Assembly: GCA_047495785.1 (NCBI GenBank)
Contig: JBLDXI010000009.1
Location: 2,108,001-2,172,000 of the forward strand
DNA from: Lepidodermella squamata
Lineage: Eukaryota > Animalia > Gastrotricha
Length of the DNA: 64,000 nt
Direction of reading: 5' to 3'
Shown here: piece by piece, positions 1 to 12,712 of the stretch
Position numbering within the stretch: position 1 is the stretch's first letter
Layout: the number at the start of each line of letters is the position of its first letter
Position numbers and translations under genes: made by a program
Notes under the pieces: generated by a model
Seen by the model: only the letters and a program-made list of their open reading frames with translations
What the model was told of the DNA's origin: nothing
Database searches by the model: none

Positions 1-1
1 A

Positions 2-1277
2 CAAAATTCTCCTGGCAGCGAGAGATGCGGAGGCCCTTGGAGTTGTCAGTTGATTTCGAGCCAAGTTCAGAAAAACTGTTTACCCAATGTCGATTTATCA
101 AATACGAGTAATTCATGCATAGCAAAATCTGACAACTTCACGTTGAGAATGGAGGCGGTTCCCAACGACCCTGCTGTGATTTTTGGCGAAGTCATTTCGT
201 CAAAAACAGTCGAAGAGAATAGCGACTCCGATAAAGTTGGGGCGAATTTATTGGCAATTTTCCCTCTGAAGAATGAAAATCACGAGGCTCAAAGCATCAT
301 TTTCAAGCCAATTTGTCAAATCTCCGGTGAATCTAAGCCATCGACGTCTTTAATCCACATTTCATGTAAAACAAATCTAAATTTTTAAATTTATATTAAA
401 AAATAATTTTTGTTAAGATTTCGAATGCGACTGTTTCTACAACAACTCGTTTGATTTTTCATCTGGACAGCGTTATCTGATTTTCATGAATTCTCATATC
501 GGAGCGATGACTGCGATGCCAATACCAATAGATGACCAGGGTATCAGATTGGTCGGCAATAGCTGCTCTATACGCCCGCCCGCCTTCGCAATCTCCCCGG
601 AATATGCCGAAAAATACGAATCTATTTGCCCAACGTACGCACCTCCTCCCAGTCGATGCAATTATTCGCTACTCGTTGAAGATGTTATCAAAATGCCTCC
701 GAGATCTCAGTCTTTCACATCACTCCCGTGGTGGTTCATCGGAATCATTGTTTTAGGGTCTAGCCTGGCGTTACTTCTCGCGTTTGGGACTTATCGATTC
801 GTCATTTACAGAGCTAGAAAACGGGCACAGCAAGCAGTTTTCACGGCCGAGCCCTCTGAAAGACGAGTCAATAGTGACCGCAGCCCTTTGTTTATGAGCG
901 AAGTTGAGGAAGAAGACATTCCTTCACTTTCAAGGCAACTTCACTCGAGCGCCGATGCGATTAATACCGCCGCTCCTTCAGCTGGTCGGTTTGGAGGTAG
1001 CGGCGAGGTTGGCCTTGTTTCAGTCCGGCGGATTAGGGCTGCTAGTGATACTGACTTCGACGATTTTTTCGGAATCGCTGATAGTCAAAGTCGTTTGATC
1101 GCTGAAAGCGAGACTATATCGCCGAGTCAAAATCCTGTTATTTTCAGGCCTGTTCAGAGCCAGAAATTGAGCCGAAGATCAAGCGGGCGAAAATTGCAGA
1201 TATCAATGCCTGAATCGAATGATAATCAGGTAGCTGGAACCTCCGAAGTCTTGCCTGATCAAAATGATCAAACTTGA
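2..1277 (+). CDS. Uncharacterised single-pass membrane protein, 5'-partial (Cys-containing ectodomain, TM helix, Ser-rich cytoplasmic tail)
   Basis: Frame is open from position 2. A GT-AG intron at 366-417 (52 nt, phase 1) joins the 50..388 and 486..1277 ORFs. TM segment WWFIGIIVLGSSLALLLAFGTY is followed by basic RARKR. Confidence 0.7.
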
Positions 1278-1781
1278 TAGAGCTTCAACTTTTTGTGCAC
1301 ACAATTTTTACTATCGTTTGTTACCCCTGCGAATAAATCGGAATTTTAACTCATGCCTGTACGTAAAGCTTTTGCCTACTGAAATTCAACTCGAACTAGA
1401 TAAAGTCAACTCAAAATATGTAAGTACAAGCTAGAAGTCAGCTTCGAATAATTCTACAATTTTCTATCATTCATTCCCTATGTCTAGGTGTTGAAATAAC
1501 GCATAATATTCGCAATGGAAACTTTATTTTAAAATGGCTTTTGCACTTCATTGACTGTTGAACGCGGTAAACATCGTTCTTCTAAGTTTTATGAACGGCA
1601 CATGAGTATAAAAATTGCGGTCCAACAACAAATTGAGGTTGTTTGAAAAAAGGATTTCCCAAACTGAAGGCACACGTTCAAATAGCGATGCAGTTCTTCC
1701 TTTTTCCTGCAAAAATAGGTAGGTTATATAAACCGCTAAGGATTGCTCCAAGACATCACAGGCGTCGCAGCAGCATTATGA

Positions 1782-2128
1782 TCATTTGTTCGAAGTTTTC
1801 GCTCTTTCGGAATTCGTTGACTCGTTATGCGAGTGTTTAGCCGAATTCATCGGCTTGTGGCTATCACCAGATTCAGCCAAAATATCGCGATCGACTTCCC
1901 ATAACGCGATTTCTTTTTCTTTCACTGCTTTCTGAAAATTGACATGATTCAATTACTGAATTTTTCAGGATGAGATCAACTCACCATGACGCATTCTTGA
2001 TAAAGCCGAAATAAAGGAGCACATTCGTCATTTTTTGAACCTTTCAGGTATTTTTCAGTGAACCAGCGATTAAAGCACGCATCATATTGATTCTTCAATT
2101 CTTGACATTCCGGGCTAATGCTATTCAT
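1782..2128 (-). CDS. TRIAP1: TRIAP1/Mdm35 mitochondrial intermembrane twin-CX9C protein
   Basis: [30 protein letters not shown]...[14 protein letters not shown]|KAVKEKEI. Exons 2128-1985 and 1931-1782, with a 53-nt GT-AG intron. Confidence 0.93.
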
Positions 2129-2244
2129 CGCTAAGTGTTCCCGAGGACGGGATTGTTTTAAGTAATCTAGTTGAAAAAAATTAATAAATATCAATAATAA
2201 ACAGAGTGGGCGATACTCCAGTTGATAAATTACCAACAACATTG

Positions 2245-2700
2245 TGGATGGATGGATGGATGGATGGATTTATAAGCCCAATCGCCAGTTGCCCGACGAT
2301 ATGCTTGGGCTAAGTTTGAGAATATAGAACCCGATTCACCGCTGTGGCGATATTTTACACGGGCAAAGTGGCACAAAGGAGTAGAAAAATAAATTAGAGT
2401 AGTTTATTGAATTAACAATGTCCCGACTGTTACTACGTAGCAGCTTGCCAAATGACAATGGATAATACAAGTTTGCATAGTTTTACAATGCCTATAGGTG
2501 GTTGTTGACTATTTTACAGGAATCTTTCAAAACAGAAATCACAATGTCTTGGATGATAGAGTGTGGGTGTGGAAGATCAAAACGCTTTACAAAGTCTCTG
2601 CAAAATTTTGTAATGCCACCACGGATCGCGAATAGATTACGGATCTAATAAAATATTTTCTTCGAGTTGTTCTTTAGCGAATTCGACGACGTAAGCAGCT
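2245..2700 (-). mobile_element. Degenerate 5'-truncated non-LTR retrotransposon 3' end with (TCCA)n tail, copy 1
   Basis: (GGAT)n at 2245-2268 next to an AGCCCAA...TTGGGCT stem-loop. Similar in DNA and in broken minus-strand peptide to 3322-3780. Confidence 0.5.
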
Positions 2701-3321
2701 CGACGCGTGCTTTTTGACGAGTTGAAGTTTATATTTTCATTATTAGTAATCGATTTTTTATCACTGAAAGAGCTTCAAAGCGTACTACCTGTTTACTAAG
2801 AAGCCTATTTTATGAACTATACACATAAAACAAGCAAATTATTTTCTGCAGCTGGTTTGCAAGCCTACCAACAAAATTGAGAGCTGGCGCCTCAAGTTAT
2901 ACAATAGAAAATGCAGCCTATCATCATATGCGGCGAAAACATCTATAGAACTGAAAATGCAGCGAGCCATCAAACTTAAGAAGTCATCACGAAATACAGC
3001 TGCTGACGCAATCTGTCGTTGACGCAATCAGGCTATAAAAAGAAGCATTCTCCACTCATTCTGTGTTTAGCTAGTTTTAAATTATAGAGCTCATTGTGAA
3101 GGGCTCCCCGATATGTCAGAAAAGTACTGAGATGGCAAGGAATCTCTCGCAGTACCTAAGCCGAGCAGCTACAGGAACCAAACGATGCTTAGGAAATACA
3201 TCATTAAAGTTTTTTTTCCGACAGAGCTCTCCGCTCCTCAACCATTCTTGCCAGCGAGCGAATGCTTGCGGGTGCCTAACTGTGAGATTTAGCGCCCCAT
3301 CACCCAATCAGTTGGTCTCTG

Positions 3322-3780
3322 GTATGGACGGATGGAGGATGGACTGAGCCAGCCGTCAGTTACCGACGATATACTTGTGCATCAGTTTGGAGATTGGACA
3401 TGAGTCACCGCCGTTGGAATGTTTTGCATGCGTCAGAGTACAAAAAAAAAAGAAATTAGAAAACCAGATTAAGGATCTAATAATACAACATCTCCGAATT
3501 GGTTTTTAAATAACATAGCCAGCTTAGGCGCTTGTGTGCTTTGACGGATGAAGCCATCTGCGATGCCATTGTGCCAGGGTGGCAAATATTTTAAATATTT
3601 CAATCTTCCCATGATGGGAGAAAGGCCTGGAAAACTTAATCAGTTCCTACTCGAAACACGAAATTCATCAAGAAATCATTCGCAGGCTGGCGATGTCGCT
3701 GTGATCCAAGTAGGTTGTGGTAGCCTGACGTGTTTCGTGTTTCCCTCGCGTAAACTGAGATCATTAGAGCAAAAACAAAA
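3322..3780 (-). mobile_element. Degenerate non-LTR retrotransposon 3' end, copy 2 (diverged relative of 2245-2700)
   Basis: Decayed GGAT repeats, then CAGTTACCGACGATATACTTG vs CAGTTGCCCGACGATATGCTTG in copy 1. Peptide LSLREGNTKHVRLPQP vs LFAIRGGITK...RFDLPHP. Confidence 0.45.
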
Positions 3781-4017
3781 ACATGAAATGGGAAAAAAGT
3801 CGCTATTAGGCATATTGTGAAGGTGAACATAATAAAATTGATCAAAATTTATGATTGGCAGTACAGTTATTACAAATTCATAATTTTATTTTACGTAGCA
3901 ACGCGTTGTGGTCGTTGACAACAGCACTCACGTTACTGATGCAACCCAGCTGATAGTTCACCTGTAGGTTCCTGTCGCTGTGTTTTGGGAGTTGTCTCTA
4001 TTAATTTTATCTGTTTC

Positions 4018-4926
4018 ATGCTGACCTTAACAAGTTTAATTTCGCGAGTATTCTCTCGCAATCAAAGCGAGGTACCTCGCTATATCCACACAAAAGCCAG
4101 GCAACCTTACCGCACGGCTCAAGGAAAAATTGTAGAACGCTACCCACTCACTGATTCCCAATTGTTTTGGAACGTATCATTGTCCGAGTATAGGCCAGTG
4201 TTCTTCGAAGATCCATATATTGTGGGTAAAGAGTGGGCTGATGAGACATTGACAACCGGTAATCGAATTAAATTCAAGTTTAATTCAGTGGACGGGAAAG
4301 TCAACAGAGTTAGCTTCGAAGGCGCTTACTCCCTTGATAGCAAAACAGGGGCCCCTCTGAATCCATTCGGAAGAACCGGAATGAATGGGCGTGGCTTATT
4401 GGGTAGATATGGCCCTAATCACGCAGGGGACCCAGTGGTCACGCGCTGGAAACGAGACGATCACGGACACAAGGTTTATCATGTAAAATCCGGGAAGCCA
4501 ATCCTGCAATTCGTGTCTATTTGCCGCCGTGATACTAAGGAATGGGCGATACCTGGAGGCATGGTGGATCCGGGCGAGCGTGTTACGGCCACAGTAAAAC
4601 GAGAGTTCAGCGAAGAGGCACTTGGTGGTTTGAATGTGAATGAGCGTTCAAAAGTTGCCAGCAGTGTCACTCATTTTTTTGCTAATGGATTCAAAATATA
4701 CGAAGGATACGTCGATGACCCTCGTAATACTGATAATGCATGGATGGAGACAACTGTTTACAATTTTCATGACGAGGACGGAAAAGTTACCGAGAACTTC
4801 CCCTTGGTTGCTGGCGATGATGCGGGGGCTGTTCGATGGGCTGATGTCGACAGTGGATTGAATCTTTATGCTTCTCATGCGGAATTCATCAAAGCAGCCG
4901 CTGCTCGACTCCAGGCACATTGGTAG
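4018..4926 (+). CDS. NUDT9: ADP-ribose pyrophosphatase (Nudix hydrolase 9), single exon
   Basis: PLNPFGRTG..GRGLLGRYGPNHAGDPVVTRW; Nudix box WAIPGGMVDPGE...REFSEEA; YVDDPRNTDNAWMET; AGDDA; LYASH. Confidence 0.96.
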   Translation: MLTLTSLISRVFSRNQSEVPRYIHTKARQPYRTAQGKIVERYPLTDSQLFWNVSLSEYRPVFFEDPYIVGKEWADETLTTGNRIKFKFNSVDGKVNRVSFEGAYSLDSKTGAPLNPFGRTGMNGRGLLGRYGPNHAGDPVVTRWKRDDHGHKVYHVKSGKPILQFVSICRRDTKEWAIPGGMVDPGERVTATVKREFSEEALGGLNVNERSKVASSVTHFFANGFKIYEGYVDDPRNTDNAWMETTVYNFHDEDGKVTENFPLVAGDDAGAVRWADVDSGLNLYASHAEFIKAAAARLQAHW

Positions 4927-5081
4927 TACAATTCATTGTTGTTTTCACCACTGCCGAGTATTACTAGTTTTGAGTGTAATATTTTGATAGTATACTATTA
5001 TAAAATTTCTGACATGGATGTTTGAATTCAGTTAATACATATGTGTCTTTGCGATTTAGAACAATTTTATATTACAAATTG

Positions 5082-6032
5082 ATGCCTAAGAAGTCTAAGC
5101 AACCCTTCACGCCTCTTTGGCGGAAGTGGGACGAATTGGCGGACAAATCTGGACTTCATCACACTGTCTATTTCGTGAACGGAGACAAGTACACAGGGGA
5201 TTGGGCTGGAAACAAAAAGCATGGTGCTGTTCCAAGTTTTGCATCATTTTACTCTAAGACCTGTTTTCCTTTAATTTAGGCAAAGGCACGTTTGAATGGA
5301 AAACTAATAAAGCTATCTACGACGGTGATTGGGAAAATGATGTAAGATGTGGTTATGGTACCTACAGCTTACCTAAAGACGACGGAACTTACGAGAAAGT
5401 ATACGCAGGGGGCTGGAAAGACGACAAGCGTCATGTATGACCCTAAAATATATTGGTCAAACTGCATATGCTAATTTTCCATGTTTTGTGTTCAGGGCTA
5501 TGGCGCACATTATTATGATGCTGAAGAATACTATGAAGGAGAGTGGTATGCAGATAAAAGATGTGGCTGGGGTCGGATGAAATACAAAGACGGGTCTAAG
5601 TTTGAAGGCGAATGGTACGATGACATGCGTAACGGACGTGGAATGCTTCGCATGGGTTAGATTATTTTACTCTTCATTATCAATTATTTGATCCGCATTC
5701 ACTCCGCCAGCTAATAATAACAGATATGAAGGGGCTTGGAAGAATGACAAGAAACACGGTTCCGGAAAATACTTCTATCTCGATAAAGGAAAGCTTTTCG
5801 AGGGTGTGTGGGTCGATGACATTCCTAAGTGCGGCGAAATGGTTGATTTTGCTCGAGATGAAGCTCCTGAGCCTTCAGAATTCGCCATTCCTCAGGTATT
5901 TTCCTTGAAATTGATTGTATTGTATTGAAATAATCATTATGATTGGAATATTACTAGCTTTGTCTCAAGGACTCAGAGGGGGTCATGCAAATGTCGAAAG
6001 AGCATTTCTACTCGCAATTCATTTCTTTATGA
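5082..6032 (+). CDS. MORN3: MORN repeat-containing protein 3 (5 exons; alternative last exon 6150-6413)
   Basis: MPKKSKQPFTPLWRKWDELADKSGLHHTVYFVNGDKYTGDW... with successive YxGxWxxDxRxGxG MORN repeats over exons 5082-5223, 5280-5434, ~5496-5655, 5711-5895 and 5958-6032. Confidence 0.9.
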
Positions 6033-6825
6033 TTTAGTTATTTGTTCGTTTTTTATACGCAACTTTATTTCATTAATGCACGACGCCTAGCTTTTATTTG
6101 AATATTTCGTTGCTTCGCAATTCTTAAGTTTATTTTCCTGATGTTCTAGCTGACATTGGACAAGCCCGAAGAAGTGCTAAGCACGTCGAAGAAAAATTAT
6201 ATGCATTACGCGTTCAATGGGCACATTCCTTTTGTTGACAAGAACAACGCATCGGCTCAATTGGGCGAAGTCTGCTACACGCCTTGGCTTGTTCCGCCAT
6301 CTGAAAGTTCGTTTAATCATAAATTCATAACAACCGCAGCCCGTGAGCAATGTGGGTTCGGACCGGAGGAGGGAAAGCATCCACACCGGAGCCGGCCGCC
6401 TTTTTATCAGTGATATCGACTTTCAACTAGAACATTTTGTACCTATGTCTTATGATCTCCATCATCGTTTAAAACTACTTGTCTTACTCTTTAAAATGAA
6501 CAAATCGAAGTTTTATTGAATAAATCTCTAAAAGTGACGGCATATTTTCTTAGGGTTCCAATTGACTTTTCATCTATCAATACATGCGTTTTAGAATTCG
6601 TCAAACTATCAATTATTGCCACTTCCGTGGAGTAACAGTTTTCATATCAGTAATCGTAGGCTGTGTCTTCATAATCTGCCGGTGCAGCAAGCGAAAAAAA
6701 TCTGTGAAACTCTTTGGAAACCTGGCAATTTATCTTCGCCATATCTTTATTTTCTGGATTTCAGTTAATTTTCCTCCTAGAAGCATTTATTCTCAGATAG
6801 CAAATTAGTAGAAAACGCAACAGAA

Positions 6826-7867
6826 TTAACCGGTTAGGTGACATTTCTCAACAACTGAACTCGTAATTTGCTGCAGCAAAATTCCAGCCGCGACAGAGAC
6901 ATTCAACGAACTCACTATTGGTAAACAAGAATCTAGAGCGCGGCTTGGTATGACAACACGATAATTGGCCAGCTGCGATATAGTTTCGGGCAATCCTCTA
7001 CCCTCGTTACCGAGTAAAATGTAAATATTCGAGAATCTTCTTTGCCGCATAGCATCGGTTAACTCTTCTAGCTTCATAACCGAATCACTTGCACTATGAG
7101 AACCAGCCGTGGCTACCACTGGAACAGACTTCTCGTTTTGAAGCCAGCGTACATAAGGCAGTAAGAGCTTAGACTGAATAAAGCTGATATCAATGGTTTC
7201 CATCGCTCCAGAACTTGCCTGTTATTTAATTCAAAACATTCATTAATTGCGCAATCTAAAATTATCTACCTTGCAAACAATCGATGACAGTTTGCTGCAG
7301 TCTGTCGTTAGAACAACATTCTTGCAGCCGAAAAAATGCGCCGACCTCAATACAGCGCCGACATTCATTGGATCGATAATATTAACCAGAACCAGAGTTA
7401 CGCCAGGGCTAAAGAATCATTACACTGTAATATTGTTGAGACGAATCTTAGTTATCCAACCCTTTTGATATCGAAAAATCTTCTTCACTCTTAATGACTG
7501 AGACAGGTAATTTGTCACAATCTAAGACAACGCCTTGATGAGGGTTCCAAGCCGCATTTCCTACCAGCCTGTCTAAAAGTTTAGCTGGAACAGATTCACA
7601 CGAGACATTTTTCGATGAAGCCAGGTTTTCTACGGCTTCTAGCTTAGAAATTGTTTCGCTGAATAAAACACGATGTATGACCCGTCGATTTGCTGTTAAT
7701 GCGACTGTGACAGGATGAATTCCGCACAACATATCATTTCCTTGAACTTGGAATGAAGGGGCCTTCTTCTCCGCTTTCACAATTTTACGGGTATATTTCG
7801 CATTTATGCGACTGTTAACCAGTAAATCCGGGCCCACGCTAGATAGAAACCGACGTATCGAACTCAT
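6826..7867 (-). CDS. MRM1: Mitochondrial rRNA 2'-O-methyltransferase 1 (SpoU/SPOUT family)
   Basis: GIHPV, HQGVVL, IIDPMNVGAVLRSAHFFG, KASSGAME, LLGNEGRGL and SLNVSVAAGILL motifs across 3 exons. Confidence 0.9.
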
Positions 7868-8002
7868 TTAAAAATCACTATCAAAATATCAACAAGCATT
7901 TGTTATTTTATTCCTTTTTTCAATATAATATGAGCACTGGCTGCGGAAAATTTTGCGAATAATTAAATCGACTTTAATAAATTAATAAGCAGTCACAGGG
8001 TA

Positions 8003-10478
8003 CTAAATTCCTTGGACTAGGCGTTCGAGCGCGTCTTTAACTTTCGGCGTTCGGGCATCGGCGCGAAGTTGCAGAAATTGAAGCAAGGTCTGCTTATCGA
8101 TTTGACTCAAACCGTCGCATTTCGAGAAAACCGACGGCAACTTGTCACCATCGACGATCAACATCAGGCACAACGAATGCAAAACGTTGAACAAAAAGTC
8201 GAGAAACGGCGTTTGCTGACTCGCGACTGATCGAATCAAATCGTGATAGGCTGTTACATCGACTAATAACTGATCTCCGCCTGTTGTGTTGTAGCTGAAC
8301 GAGAACATGTGATTGAAAACAGCGTGGAAAAATCGCAGCGAGACATCGGCGATGACAAGGCGCCGATTTAGCCCATCGAAACACCGACTGATATCTTGAA
8401 AAACTCGAGATAAATACACGCAAACTTTCTCGCAGGCCTCAGATTTGTCCTGAGCCCCGCCGTGGCGACTTCTCGCCGAGGCTGGAAGTTCATCAGGGCG
8501 AAAGTCGGTCTTTTTCTGCTCGGCGGCCAGAACATTTTTCACGTGATTTATTATCAAATTTAGCTGTCGGTCCATTCCGGTATTCATTCGAGCTTCGATA
8601 TCTCGCACTTTTTTCTGCCTTTTGTCCAAGCAGTTTGTTCTTAGAACAGGCGATGTTATCGTCAAGATGTAATTCTCAGCTATCTCCTTGTCGAGAAGCT
8701 GGAAAATTTCATTGACCTCGCAGATGATGTCGAAAAACGTGCAGTCCGGTGCGTTTTTATTCGCAGTCATGCCATCGGCCAACTGAACGCGAAGCAGCCC
8801 GATCAACACAGCATAGTTCAGCATTTCGTCCAACGTCCATCTTAATAACGAATCGTAGATTTTCGTCAGTGATTCTTGGCGGCTCGAGGGTGATGTTAAG
8901 ATCCGACATCGATCTCGCGCTCTTCTGTGTTTCTGGATAATATCAAGGGCGACTTGTTGGGTCAGCAGGGTTTTCCCGGGCGGCGGTAGAATTTCGGAGC
9001 TAGGGCCTAGCAAACGGCCAACAGTGGAAGCGGTTGATTGCACAGTGTTACTCAGATTTGGCACAGGCTGGTGGCCGAACGAAGCGTACATTTGCTTGAG
9101 GACAAGATTACATTCGTCAGCTAAATGCTGCTCCTCGATCCTGGAATGAATAAAGCGCAAAAAATATAAAAATCCGCCTTAATGATAATGTTTTTTAGAT
9201 AGGTAATTAGAAAGGGATGAGTGAGTGAATCATTCAGCCAAAAATCGATAAAGCCGCCCTGGGTATTTTTTCCCCTGGAACCAACAGGAGGTTAAAAGGG
9301 CTGAGTTTGAACTGGAGCTAACTTTTTAATTTTCAACCGATTCGAAATTAGGCATTTGCTTACCGTAAATAATTTTCCGCGTGTTTTTCGAACATTCTTT
9401 GATGCATTGTTTGAATTGAATCCGCATAAGTCGGAAACTTGCCACAAAGCTCGTTCCTTATTTTCTCTGTATCGGTGTAAGCGACGTATAGGGCTTCAAG
9501 TCCTGTAGCCGCTGTCTTAGCAGCGTTCACCTTTCGAGAAACGTAAGGCTGAACTTGCTCAGCAAACAGCTGCTGCAGAAATTTCATAAATATCTCCTGC
9601 GGATTTGGAAAAGCTTCGTTTATCGCCTGGTGTGCTCGTTGGCAGACACTAGTGACGCAAAATAAAAACCGCGAGTTGTCAAACAACGCGTCGTTTTTCA
9701 CGAAATTTTCGATAAATTGATCCACGGATTTTTGATAAGTCCTGAACCGGCTCAATACGCCGGTAATAAGTCGCATGCCCTGGACGTTGCCTTCGTGAGA
9801 TAATTGAAGAAAATTATCACTCAAACGCTGCTGCACCAAATCATAATGCATTTGTATGCGGCGCTTCACGTCTTTGAATTTCTCATCAGATAGCTGCTCA
9901 GCTCCAGCTTGTAGGGCGAGAGTTGTCTCCGCGTATTTCACCAATTCCGGCAAAGTCGGTGGAATTTGCTGAACAATGTCGTCCTCGTGCCCACGCGGCA
10001 CTGAATAAAACCGCTCGAAAACTCGAAGCAGGTCTAAAGAACTCTGGAGATTATTCCGAGGTCTGTTGATAATTTCAACGGCATCGCCAAATGAGCCGAT
10101 TTTTTTCGAAATCCCATCGATTCTCAATTCGAGTTCTCGAGCTTTTTCGATTGCTTCAACATTTAATCGCTGCGCTTTTGCTGTCGCGCGGCGAAAATTT
10201 TCCTCCGCATCAAGGCTTTTGCGCTCAGCTTTGCGAATCTGCTCGTCCTTGGCGGAAATATATTGCTGAACTTCACCCATCATCGCTTCAAAACGATCGA
10301 GCAACGTTTCGGCATCAATAGGCGGCACTCTTTGATCACCGCTCTGACCATAATTGGATGAAGTGAATGAAGGCTGAGCTTGCCATGATATTACATCGAT
10401 AAAAGAGGCCGTGGAAAAGTTAGCGGCATCTAATTGATCAATTGGCGATGATGTTTGATTGAAATTTCGGCTGGTCAT
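8003..10478 (-). CDS. EXOC5: Exocyst complex component 5 (Sec10)
   Basis: Exons 10478-9364 and 9140-8003. N-terminal coiled coil with INRPR, EQKKTDFRP, and C-terminal FLQLRADAR typical of Sec10. Confidence 0.88.
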
Positions 10479-10562
10479 TTATCTCTCTAACAATTCTAGC
10501 TCAAAGACAAAATAATAATAGTAAAATATTTTTACTAATAATTTCAGCTAATTTGAAATAAT

Positions 10563-12183
10563 CTATATTTGTTGATCAGCGCTTGAGGTTTGTTTTCTAT
10601 GTTGAGAACCACTACCGGTGCGATTTTGACTATGTCGGTTGGAAGCTTCCGATGAAGGTTGTTGCCTCTCGACAAAGCCAGGAGGAGGTCTCGTCTGGGT
10701 TATCGGAAGACTACTGCTACCATCTGAATGCTGCCTTGAGGGTTTCGTTTCTGAAAAACCTGGAGGAATTCGCTCAGACTGTGAAGAGTGATTGTCCTTT
10801 GCTGAGCTTCCGCGATTGGTTGATGCTGAATATTGAGCTTGCGGGCGTCGAGGATAATGATGATGGTGATTGCGATGGATATTACCACGATGTCCCTCAG
10901 AAGGAAGATGGTGCTGATTAACAGGAAGTGACTGGTGGCCAGAGCCTGATATGTTTCCATGGCAAGGGCCATATTCTGAAGTTGGACGCTCGTGTGAATT
11001 CCTCCATTCAGAGTTGTGACGCGAGTCTCTTTGATCATGATGTCTATGCTGATGGTGGTGATAGTGGTAATTACGTCCACGCGAGTGTGAGTTCTTTGGA
11101 GGCTGAGAAGAAACGTCAAGGTTGAGATTAGCAACGGCTTTGCCAAGTAAATCGGTTGAGATGGGAGCACCGGAAGAAACAGCTGTAACCTCTGGCACAG
11201 GTTCACTTGGTGGCTGGTCTGCGGGCTGAGGCGGGCGTAGAAAGGTTTCAAGTAGCGCTTGTTTAGCCTCCTCTTCCGCCTTCAGCTTGGCTTCTCTAGC
11301 CAAGCGAATCTGAGTGAAAAATTCAAGCTGCTGTTGGCGCATTGATTCACTATGAATGTCGATCACCGGTGATGGCCGAGAAACAGGTGCAGGCTGGCCA
11401 CGCAAATAACTAAGTTCCAAAGGTTGCATAATTTCTCTGCAAACGGGGCACGGAAAAGCATTATCTTTTCTTGGTGCTGACTTCGTTACCGGTGACTGAT
11501 TTGGCGATGCAAGCTCCTTCAAAGCATGAGCAATATAATCAGCCAGACAATGGCTATGAAAACAATGGGCACATAAAGTGCGGGTAATTCCTTCGTCAGC
11601 GGCGAACTCTTCGAGACATATGCTGCATTGCCCATGAGGTTTAGCATTGTGCTCCGTCATGAAATCTTTGACAGCCTGTATAAAAATAGCCTTTTCAAAA
11701 TCCGAATGTCTTCAAAATGAGTACTCAACAAACATCAATTAACGGTAGCAACATTTCGGAACCCAGGTACTCACTGATTGTCTTTTCTAGCGTTCGGCTT
11801 AGCCTAATTTAAACAATGATAAAAAATCTTATTAATTGTGACCTTCGAGTGAACTCACTGCTCTATTTCATCTTCACCAACGCCTCGAGGATTTTTGAAC
11901 TGAATGACAGGAACAGCTTGAGGATACTACACGCAGTAATAAATAGGTAATTTAGTATTTTAACACTCTGACCCTGAAAATTTACATCAGAAGGTATGGC
12001 GATCAAGACTTCAATGCTGAGATATTGCTTTTCGACTTCCTCGCCAGTAGCAGGTCGAACCACAACAAAAACATCGGTCACCCGTCCATTGGCATTTCGA
12101 GTGAGGCGAACATCATCTGATACATATATTGATTGCAAAGCTTGGATTTCCAACTCGAAAGCCTCATTGTCATCTTCAGCCAT
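10563..12183 (-). CDS. RNF25: RWD-domain RING-H2 E3 ligase RNF25 (AO7) with a His/Arg/Ser-rich tail
   Basis: ELEIQALQSIY...PATG...YPQAVP...NPRG (RWD domain), then HGQCSICL...CAHCFHSHCL...CPVCR (RING-H2). Four exons joined by frame-consistent GT-AG introns. Confidence 0.9.
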
Positions 12184-12712
12184 AATTTCAATTAAAAAAC
12201 TATAGCAAAAACCACTGTTTATCTATAACGGGTAGCTAGAAAGTAGATCAGCCACAAGGAGTCAATACTGCGGAAAAAACATGATCATGGCTACTAAAAT
12301 CTAATCAGATGATGGCTGCCCCACGCTCAAACTGTTATTTCGAAGATTGCCGCAGGTTGCAGGGTCAAAGAGCTACGCATCGGCTATCGGCTGTCAACAG
12401 TCAGCACGAGAAAATGAGGTTAGAAAGAAAAAGCCGGCGGCTCGAGCTGAGAAAATCCGCGACGGATCGCCGCGCAATGAATAAAATTGATATAGCAAAA
12501 ATAGCGCGCCAATGTGAATGTCATTTACTAAAACTTGAACATCAATATTCGTTAACAATAAGCAAAACTGTTGAATTCGCGTTATTCTTATTTCATTTAA
12601 TTCTTAAAATATTGGCGCATTTTTTTGTAAAGTTTAAGTTGGGTCAGGCCTAGTGCCTAGTCAAAACCGTGGCGATTTTCGCCGAATTCGGTATGGCCAT
12701 CAAATCGGCTCG

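Noticed and set aside
6520-6742. Minus-strand frame with a single in-frame TGA (possible selenoprotein or fourth gene of the RNF25 cluster)
   Set aside because: No recognisable homology, no CxxU-type context or SECIS seen. It lies in convergent 3' UTR space.
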